Assembly: GCF_009914755.1 (NCBI RefSeq)
Contig: NC_060925.1
DNA length: 64,000 bases
Strand: one strand, 5' to 3'
From: the human T2T-CHM13v2.0 reference genome, Homo sapiens
Shown here one piece after another: positions 52,336-64,000 of this stretch (position 1 is the stretch's first letter; each line of letters opens with the position of its first letter). Position numbers and translations under genes: made by a program. A model generated the notes under the pieces. The model worked only from the letters and a program-made list of their open reading frames with translations. It had not been told where the DNA came from and did no database searches.

Positions 52336-54419
52336 ACATATACTCTAAACAAAAACAAAGTGGAAACAAAAAATTCCAAATTCTGAATTTCATTGACGCC
52401 CAGATTAATAGAACTTTCTAGTCAGAAAGGCCCTTTGAAATGATCTAGTATAAACTTCTCATTCTATAGATGAGAAAACCGAGACTGAGAGAGGTGAAAT
52501 ACTTGCCTTGAGTCCTGGTGAGATAATAGAACTGGAACTTCCCTCCATGCTGAGAACTTTTCTCTCTCAACAGAATGGGTAAACTCAATGGGTCAAACTG
52601 AGCCTCAGAGTTCTCTTCTGTTTCTTCCTGATTCCCACATTTTGGTTACATATATTGAATATTATATTTCTTATAAGCCATGCACTCCTCACAGTCTTAG
52701 TGCACTTAGTCCTCACATCTGTCCTGTGAAATAGTGTTATTCCTAAGCTGTAGAGCTCAGTATTAGTCTCCTTCTGCCCCCCAACACCAGCCATGCTGGT
52801 CTTTGTCAGGTTGTCTATCCATCTATGGTGAATTCTGTGCTCTGGCACCCACCTGCTCCAGCCTCCTGGGCCCTAGCTCTGCCCTGATGCCCTCTCACTG
52901 CAGGATCTTTAACATCTCCTCCTCTGCTTCCAAGACCTAACCCACAGTTAATCAACATGTTCAAATCCCTCTCAGCTTTTTTAAAAGCTATCCCTCAGTC
53001 CTACATCTCTTCTCAGTCAAGCTTCATGAAAGCGTAGTCTCCACGTGCAATCTCTCCTTCACTGATTTCTCACTCCTCTGCAATCTGGTATCCATGCTTT
53101 CCCATCTGACTACAATGACTTCTTTGTGTTTAAAATCAATGATGCTTTAAAAATTTTATTTGACACCAGTGATTACTATGTTCTTGAAACGCATGCACTA
53201 ACTGAGCTCTCATGTGCAAAGTCATATGCCCTGTTAACAGGAAAGACAAAGATTGATAAACACCTTATTATTCCAGCCATTTTTAGTATTACTTCATCCT
53301 TTGCATATGCCTTCTCCTTTGCTTAGAACACTCTCCCATCTCCAGTGTTGTGAATTCCTGTGCATTTTTAAAGACCCAACTGACATTTCCTCCTTTGTCA
53401 GCGTTCTTGGTATGCTTTCAAGAAGAGTTGATCTCTTGCTTCTTTGCCTCCACTATGGCTTATATATTTAAGTCAACAGTGACCCTTATCACACAGTATG
53501 CATTTCTCATTTATACCTCATATGGATTATATTTTTCTTGAAGCAGGTAGGGACATGTCTGATTCATCTCTGTATGGTAGGATAAATTCCCATTTCAAGT
53601 CCTGTCCCTGCTTAGTGACCTCTTTCCTTTATGCTTCTACCAGAGGAAGATGGACTACAATGAACAATCTCATGGTAAACAAACATACAGGCAACACATT
53701 CATCAGCACAAGTGTATGGAATTCTTCCTGGGTAGTAGAGATGTAATTCTGGACAGCTAGTATGTTTTTTCTTGTATTAGGACCAGTCCCAAGGAGAGGC
53801 AGAAGGAAGTGAATATTTCTTGGAACAATAGTGGGGAGGGTGGTTGGTCAGTCCTAAAGAGTAAGGTCAAAGCTATGTTGATCAAAAAATTAGCTTTTTT
53901 TTCAGATAGGGAACAAGGCTACATCATATCAGAGAAAAGTGCTTGTCACTGTGACAGATACCTGCCTCATAGCTTCCATGGCTCTAATCGGAACAAGGTG
54001 ACTTACATTTACTTTATTCACTGACCTAGGACTCAATCTACCTCCAGAAACTGAGAGGTCTGAACAAACATGAATAGCAGTAGTCATCAGGCTGCAGCCT
54101 GAAGGATTTCACACAGAATGCGGTATGAATGCACCTCCAGTGAGGAGCAATAGATTTGTTCTGAAGGAGCACAGTATGCTCACCACACTGGAAGATTTGA
54201 AGAGATGCCTGCATGAAATGTGGGTGAGGGAAGTTAAGGGGATTCAGAGTAAAGTCCAGAGGTATTAATCACTCTCTTTGCAAAAGCCTAAATATGGAGT
54301 TCTCTACCTCCCACCCCAAGAGCTGAAGCATAGCTAACTTAGCTAGCATTGTACCCTTTATTCCTCCTGTAACAACCTTTTGAGATTTTCCTAATTTTTA
54401 AGTAAAGAGCATCTATATG

Positions 54420-54670
54420 CCAGTAGAGTATAGCAGTTAAGAGTAAATTCTGGAGCCGAACTGCCTGGGTTCAAATTCCACCTTTGCTACAGGCCATGAA
54501 ACTTTGGGCAAGTTATTTGCTCTCTGAGACTCAGTTTATTCATCTGTTAAATGATAACAATTATGGTATTTAATCATATAAGTTTTTGTGAAGATTAAGT
54601 GAGTTAATGTACCAAAAGTACTTAGAACAGTGCCTGGCATGTAGGTACTCATAAGTGTTATGTGTTATCA
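54420..54670 (+). mobile_element. MIR SINE, near full length
   Basis: tctggagccgaactgcctgggttcaaatt...ttgggcaagtta...aaagtacttagaacagtgcctggca. Confidence 0.88.
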
Positions 54671-55006
54671 CTGTTTTTCACAGCATAGGCTGAAGTATCT
54701 GGTCTAGTGGAGGCCAATGTGGTAGGAAGTCCAGGGAGGTACAGGTCTGACTTGTCCCACTTCCTTGAGAGTATTGGCTTAAAGGGTATAAACTCTTCTG
54801 GTTATCAGCAGTGTGAGAGCCACAACCTGGGAGCTATCATCAGAGAGAATTCAGGCCCAAAACACATTATTTAGACTAAATTTCTTGATTGTCCCACCCA
54901 TAAGTATAGGAAGGTAACCATTTGTACTTTAAAAGAAAGGGGCCTGCTATACCTGGGTTATTATGGGTCTGTAGTACTGCTACATGCTAAATACTCAAGA
55001 TTTGTA

Positions 55007-55074
55007 AGATAGATAGATAGATAGACAGATAGATAGATCGATAGATAAGAAAAAGAAAAGAAAGGAGAAAGAAA

Positions 55075-55135
<61 letters not shown>

Positions 55136-55137
55136 AA
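55007..55137. repeat. Compound (GATA)n-(GAAA)n tetranucleotide repeat
   Basis: agatagatag...aagaaagaaagaaa. Confidence 0.96.
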
Positions 55138-55367
55138 TTCATTTATAGTAGGCAAAATAAATAGTGGGTATCAAGACACAAGTACCTCCTGCCTGCTTCA
55201 CACTGACCTTAACCCTCTGTTTCAGGCTTTAGGCCTTAGATATCCCTCTTATATTGCTTCATTGCCTATAATTCATTTAACTACCATTTATTTATTTCAT
55301 GACTTTTGGCACGCCCTTTCTCCTCTTGGGCTCAGTTACTTCATATCCAAAGTGAAACAAACCAGTT

Positions 55368-55540
55368 TAGGCATGGTAAGTAGGTTTTATCTCACATGCA
55401 GATATAAGGGAATAGTGAGTGGCTAGAGTACTGTGTAAGAGAGGTTTTGAAAATGAATCCAGGCTCAGCAGGAAAGAGTTTACTGATGTCATGGGTATAT
55501 GAGATAAGTGATTGGCAGTCCATGTGTCATGTATTTTTTT
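55368..55540 (-). mobile_element. MER117-like hAT DNA transposon relic
   Basis: taggttttatctcacatgc...ggctcagcaggaaagagt resembles MER117 antisense. Confidence 0.6.
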
Positions 55541-55731
55541 TTTTACTCTTGAACAACATAAAATAACCTACAATCATTTTCTTTTGAGAAGTCCTAAAGT
55601 ATTACCCAACCTTAATGAGAGCATTGATTACAGTGTTGTGGTTTTCTCATTATAAGATATAGTTATCCCTTTGCACATGTCAAGTTACCCAGTTGAAACA
55701 AAAACAAAAACAAAAACAAAAAAACGAACTT

Positions 55732-56030
<299 letters not shown>

Positions 56031-57994
56031 TTACTCTACCAGAAACTTCTCCACTCTTGTGTGAGCAGCTGAAACCAAGGTCAAAGAAGGCACTTTCATA
56101 AAGAAATGAGGCAAAAAAAAAAAAAAAAGCCTGTATTTTAGAATTGGCGTTCTCAGCCACTTATGATCCTGAGTGAATCTCAGCTGGGTGATCCTGAGTG
56201 AATCACACAACCTAAATCTTAGCTTCTTCTTCTCTAAAATAGGATTTGATATTTACAATTATAAGATGGCAACTAGGATTTAGACAATAAAACGTATAGT
56301 ACCTAGCAGAGTAAAGTACTTTGAAGGAGACCCTCAGTATTAATTCCTTTTCTCATCTTCAAAGTGAGTACAAGGAGTCCTGGACTATAAATGTCTTGGG
56401 GACAGAGACTGTGTCTTTTTTATCTCTTTATATCTAGTTCTGAACACAAATATTTAAGAAATATGTATTGGGTTGAATTAAACTTAGTTCAATTGAAATG
56501 AAATTAAATGATTTTTTACATCCCTTTCAGTACCAAACACAGAACCTGGTACACAGTCTGTGCTCATAAATGCTTATAGAATATAGTTCTATGGTGGCCT
56601 GATTCTAGAATTGGTACACATTAATAGAAAAACATAATTCTCAAAGGAACATTAGCAGAAGGGCCACACACCCACTCACTGTTGGCATTGTCTCATCAGA
56701 AGAACTGCCACTTGTAGCTGCTTCCTGCTCCATACCCTCTTTCTCAGAGGGAAGAAAGTGGCCCTAATAAATCCATTATGTTCCTTCAGCATTTATGTGA
56801 AGAAAAAAAAAAGTTTCTAATTTTCTACTGTGAAGCCAGGGGACACTGAGAAATCATATTCTTTCCTGTTTGGGCTCAGCCTATCTTGTCCCTGTAGGCT
56901 ACGGTGAAAACCACTATTCCCCTTTCACATCATGTCAGTTTCCTTTCCAAGTTCCCTTACTGTCCCAGTGACTTAATGGGCGGACTACAACTATTTCAAT
57001 GTCTGAGTCATTATCTCATTGTTCTAAATGACATATTTTTGCCACTGGCCCTATAACTGTTCTTCAGGTGAAGCCATAAAGTATTTCATGGCTTTAATGA
57101 GTACATCAGTTATTGTTCATGGAAGAGCCAATGTCTCCTTAAAGGTTATTTGAAGGTTGATTGCTATCTCAGTGCTTTATATCTGGCAAATCTATCTCGG
57201 CCTTATGAATGCATTTGACCTTTTTATAGGTACAGGGGAAAAATAACAGAACAAAAGTTAATTTAGATCTCTATAATACAACATTTTTTTTTCCGAAAGA
57301 AATGAAAGGGCATTGAAATCGATACCTGCAAAATAACATGCTGATGAATGTTGGGATCCAATTTTCTCATTTTGCTAACTCGAGATTGGGAATTCTGAAT
57401 AGTTTTCAATCCTGCATTCTTTGGGCACTGTGAAGTCTGCCGTATTGTGTCCACAAAATGCTGCTGCACACTCATTATAGGAGTACCAGTGGTCCTGAAA
57501 AGGTCAGTTAGTTAGAAATGTCAACGTTCAATGGAGCCGCACAGACCTGTGTGCGCACAGATCCAATTAGAGTGGCCAGGCAACATCACTGTAACCCAGA
57601 ATCCTAATGAGCAACTAAAAGAAAGATGGCAGCACCTTTTTCCCCTTTCTTCTTCTTATTCAAAAGAAATGGAGATTGCTTTTCAACCACCCTACATGGG
57701 GTTGTTTAAACTTTACCAAACACCACTTAGGCTCCAGGTGGGCTGGGAGGGGAACCCCAGCTTCTGCAAAAGTTAAACCTGCCTAGAACAGCCAGATGTG
57801 GAAAGGAAAATAATGAAGAAGGCAGGAGCAGTACTTCAGACTTCAGGCTGGTGGAATGGGTCATCCTTTGCAAGACTTAGGTTGATAGCTGACTAAGACG
57901 AAAATGGCCTCCTTATTAAGTTTATTTCTAAGCCCCTGCTATGTGCCAGGCCTTGTGGTAAAAACTGGCCTTTGCCTTTATTTTTTTCAAACCT

Positions 57995-58260
57995 AAAGCA
58001 CTGGTACAAGCATGTATAAAGAGTGCATACAACTGCATTTATATATTGGCCGATGTTTCAACAGTGCCTCTCTCTTTCCAATTCATCATAAGCTGACATT
58101 TTGAAAAAGTATGCTGGTCATAAATATTATGCTGCAGCAATGTAAAACTGCTATTAAAGTTTCTAAATGCTTTCTCTCAATTTCTATATTTATCTCATTG
58201 TGGACAGTTTACACTCTGGCACCAGTCCATGGATGACACTTTGAGTAACAGTGTTCTAGC
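57995..58260. mobile_element. hAT-Charlie-like DNA transposon relic
   Basis: Ends ccagtccatggatgacactttgagtaacagtg, a MER5B/MER113-type terminus. Confidence 0.5.
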
Positions 58261-58391
58261 TACCTCTCCTTTGCTTCTTACCATCTACTCCTCACTCCCA
58301 CCTTCACTGCTTCTCACTATTTATCTGCTGCTTCTAGGATGACAATCATACTAGTCACCCTTTTCTTGTTCACTCACTACATAATTATTTA

Positions 58392-59960
<1,569 letters not shown>

Positions 59961-60689
59961 CCAGTGGAGAGAAAGTGGTTAGGTTGCCCCTCCTCTGCAT
60001 CTTTAGGAAGGAAGGAAAGGATGATCCAAGAGATTTTGAGTAAAAAACATAGTCAGGGTAGAGGACTTAGTGGGACCAACACGAGCATGTTTCTGAAACA
60101 ATCTCTGCTGGTTTAGCTGAGGGAACAAAACATAGGCAGGGGCCAGAGCATGGAAGGGGGTTAGTAATTGGAACCTGGCCTCTAAGACAGTATCATCAAG
60201 TGATATGAGATGCTTCCCTATGCACCGTCTAAGGCTGGAACTGAGCCCACCTGACAAACTCATTAAATGGCCCTTGATACGAAAAAGGAAGTCTTATTTC
60301 CCCTACAAATAGCTGAAAACCACCAGTTTTCTTTTCATTAATGCAATTAAGAACTCTTCTCTAACAAGCCAGTTTTCTGTATAATCTTTACCAGAAAGGA
60401 AATCCTTTGTAAGGACATCCAGCCAGCCATCAAAGAACGGACTTCATCTGGGTTGGGCTGATCCTCCCTCATTTTTTCAGTTTCTAGAGAGAAGTGCATC
60501 AGGCTTTTAAGATAATTATTCAGCAACCATCTGGACAGGAGGAAATTGCATGGCAAATGCCAAACATAGAGCCTATTGGCATGTCAGAGAATGACCTAAT
60601 ATCCTGTGGCTAAGTTATTGAGAAAAATAAAAAAAAAAAAAGAGATATCTGTGGTGACCATCCTCAGAGAAGAACTTCCCATAACAACA

Positions 60690-60935
60690 TGAGCATTTCC
60701 AAGGTTCTGGTATGTGCCAGATACGTACTTTTTTTTTTTTTTTTTTTTTTCAGATACCTACTTTATCTTATCTAATGCTCATGACAGCCCTATGAAGTCA
60801 ATATTATTAGTGCTATTTTAGGGATGAAAGACTTGAAGCTTTGACAAATTAAGTGTTTTGCCCCAAATCATATCAAGATCAAATGGCAGATCTAAGATTT
60901 GAACCCTGGCCTAACTGATCTCAAAGTTTCCACTG
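60690..60935 (-). mobile_element. MIR SINE with internal poly(T)
   Basis: tatgtgccag...gacagccctatgaagt...gatgaaagacttgaagct...agatttgaaccc. Confidence 0.75.
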
Positions 60936-61624
60936 CATTTTAGACTTTCTTTTTCTTTTCTTTCTTTTTGAGATAGAGACTCTATTCTTTTGTCCCAGTA
61001 GTATTGGGTAAGCACCAGTAATGGCAGGTCAGTAAATCTTGCTAAGACCAAATGCCCATATTCCTCTAGCCTATCCTCCTCACTGTCTTTGATGATGTTT
61101 TAGACCAGAGCATGAAGGATGTGTACCACCCTCCGTGACATGCCCATGGGTCCTAATCTCTAGGAACTCCTAATGTATGTACTTGGATCACACTTGCCTG
61201 AATTCAGTAGCAGCCCCACACTCATTTGCCAAGTGTGTAAAGAACTGTGATATAAGCTGGAAACTAGACATTGGGGCACATAACCTTTTTTCCTAAATTA
61301 GAGAATTTTGCTTTTCTTAGTCCAGCAAATAGAAAATGTTTCACACTTTCACTACCAAAACAAGCATTCTTACAGTTTTAGGTCTACGTTAGGATAGGAA
61401 GGTGTAGATGGACAAATTTAGCTGTTTATTCATGGAAAAAATGTAGCTAGATTATTCTTAATACCTTTCTCCAAAATCTCTGCCAATCTCAAAAAGCGAG
61501 GCTAGGCAATCTCAAAAAGCCATATCTTGGGAAAAAGAAAATCCTTGGAGAAATGAGAAAAGATAAGTGGGTCTGAAGGAACCAAAGAAGTAATACTGAT
61601 AATCATAATCATCATCATTATCAT

Positions 61625-62160
61625 TTTGGCGCTGGCCTCCAGGATGCCCCTGAATGAATCTAACTTCCTAGTATTCACATCCTTGTCTAGTTTCCTCCCA
61701 GGTGAATAGGGCTGACTTACATAACTAGTAGGACATTATAGAAATGATAGGCTATGGCTTCTCAGCCTAGATCATAATAAACATTTTAGCTTCTACTTTG
61801 CCCTATTTTGGATTAGTCACTCTGAAGGAAGTCAATTGCCATGTTGTGACTCAAGCAGCCCCACAGAGAAGTCTATGTGGCAAGGAACTGAGGTCTCCTG
61901 CCAAAAGCCAGCACCAACCTACCATCCATAGGAATGAGTCATCTGGAAAGATGATCCTCCAGCCCCACTCAACCCTTCAAATAGATACAGCCTTGGCTGA
62001 CATCTTAACTATAACCTCATGAGAGACCCCAAGCCAAAACCATCCAGCTAAGCTGTTACCAGATTCTTGACCTACAACAACTGTGTGAGATAATAAACAT
62101 CTATTGATGTTTGAAACTGCTGAGGTTTAGGGTAATTTGTGATGCAGCAATGTAATCACA
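61625..62160 (+). mobile_element. MaLR solo LTR MLT1F-like
   Basis: tgccatgttgtga...tgtggcaaggaactgagg...taacctcatgagagacccc...ggtaatttgtgatgcagcaat. Confidence 0.88.
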
Positions 62161-63379
62161 GTAATAACTGTTTATTTAAAATCTATGGGTCATGTACTTT
62201 ACTACGTTAGCCACTTTACATACATCACATCTAATCTTCACAAAACTCTAAGAAGTATTATTACTATCTTGCTTTTTTATAAACGGTAAAATGGAAGTAA
62301 GGCACTGAAAACTTAATAGGCCTTCCTAAGGCCAAACTGAAAGCAGAAGAGAGAGGATTCGAACATATAACATATGTATGTACTACAAATCAATTACAAT
62401 GACAAAATTGATCGTTTTTTCCTTTATCCTTCAGATTCCCATGAGGTCTGTCTACCTCATGGCTGGGCTAGGTTGACTATAATTGCACTGCTTCAGGTCA
62501 CAGCACATTACACTGGCCTACAAGAGATATTCCCTGATGCCCCATAAGTGTAGAGACAGACTTATGCTGCTGCAGACCTTCAGCCTGTGGATTTAGACCT
62601 CCATCCCTGAACCAATGAGAACCAGCATCCTCCCAGCTAAAGTTAGATGAGCTCTTATCTCCTCTCAAACCTCATTGTGCAGAAGGCCTAGTGTTATCAA
62701 CAGAGCTCCTGTTCATAGCCTCTAACATGCATTACATTTACATGTTAATAATAAAGTCCTAGGGGATTTATTGTCATGATTACCTCACTTAATCTTTATT
62801 TCATCCCTATGAAATAGGTGCCACCATTCATATTTGATGAAAAACTAAGCCCCAAGGCAGTTTAACATCTTTCATAAGGACAGGGAGCTAAGAAGTGGCA
62901 GAATCAAGATAGGAACCCAGGTCTACCTGGTTCCTAATCTTTTACTCCATGATCTTGATTCATAAATAAGGCTGGCATCCTGCTCCATATCTGTTAATCA
63001 TAGCTCCTAGACTCTGTGGTCTGCTCTCCCCAGGGCTTGCTGCCTGCTCCCAAGATCCTTGGTCACTGGTATGGGTCTGGCTTTAATCAGAAAAGCCCTC
63101 CTTAGGTCCAAGATATTACAACCACCTGATGATAAGTCCCTTCACTGCCCAGAGATTCTAGCTGTGGAGCCTCTAGTAGCCTTAATTTTTTGGATACAAG
63201 GAGTGAAGCAGAACAGATCCATGTTTGTTCTGCTCTCAGGCTTTATAATTCATATACTTGGCTTAAAATGGCCACAGAGATAGTCACTGCAAAATTTCAA
63301 TATTGCAAAATTTGGGCCATTTTCAAGTAATGCCAGGCCCCAGTTTATCCCCCAATTTCAGGGGTGGTATTTATGAGCC

Positions 63380-63750
63380 ACCTCTCAGCCAATCGGCACA
63401 ACAGACTTTCCTGGACATATATACTTGTTCAAAGATGGGTTCATTATGACTCAATCACAGAATGAGAAGTGATAAAAAATTCTGCTAGGACTTCTGAGTG
63501 AGTCTCTTGTTTTTCCTAGGAGTAGAATTTGGGAGAATGTAAAGTCTGCAGCTGCTACAGCCATCGTGAGACCACATGTGGCCTGAGAATGGTGTTAATA
63601 CTGAGAAAGTTGAGTTAAGAGAAGGAGAAAAACAGATTGGGTCCTTTGAGCCCTGTATCAAGATGCACAAGATGTCAGATTTATTTGTGGATTATTCATT
63701 TACAAGAACCAATGAGTTCTCTATTTTTGCTTAAGCTAATTTAGGCTTGG
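63380..63750 (+). mobile_element. Old MaLR LTR (MLT1J/K-like)
   Basis: gctgctacagccatc...tttgagccctgtatcaag...aagaaccaatgagttctctatttttgcttaagcta. Confidence 0.65.
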
Positions 63751-64000
63751 ACTGAAGAATCCTACTTATATAGTCCCTGTGCCTTAATTTAATTTAGCTT
63801 TTGTGTCTTGAATTCAAGTTCCTCTAGGCCTGAGGCCTGCCTTCAGCCTAATAGTGAAGGTCTTAACCAGCTCTTTCCTGACCTGATCTCCCTCATGATG
63901 ATCAGCTATGGTGCCTTGCGATGCCCTACCTTCCCAGAACTCAGTCCATTCAACTGGATGTTCCAAAATGGGACACCTGATCCCTTCCCAGTGATCAATC

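Overview
Primate (most likely human) non-coding genomic DNA, intronic or intergenic. I find no supportable protein-coding gene, RNA gene, CpG island or CRISPR array. The longer ORFs are L1-, Alu-, LTR- or L2-derived or look like chance. The window is dominated by decayed interspersed repeats: many MIR and L2 fragments, L1s of several ages, six Alus, MLT1/MLT2 LTRs and hAT DNA transposon relics. Several repeat-poor islands look enhancer-like. The most striking signal is a perfect 106-bp tandem duplication at 26724-26935. Its ends coincide with a minus-strand splice acceptor (cgcAG) and donor (CG|GTAAGA), so it looks like a precisely duplicated non-coding exon beside a homeodomain-motif-rich element. 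Other notable structures are an L1PB 3' transduction inside an MLT2 LTR, a second probable 3' transduction, a chimeric MLT2-LTR/MaLR provirus, an L1PB with both ends but no ORF1 or endonuclease region, a diverged ~120-bp dispersed duplication, and a tandem octamer (POU) motif cluster. Repeat subfamily names come from recalled consensus sequences and old-repeat boundaries are approximate.
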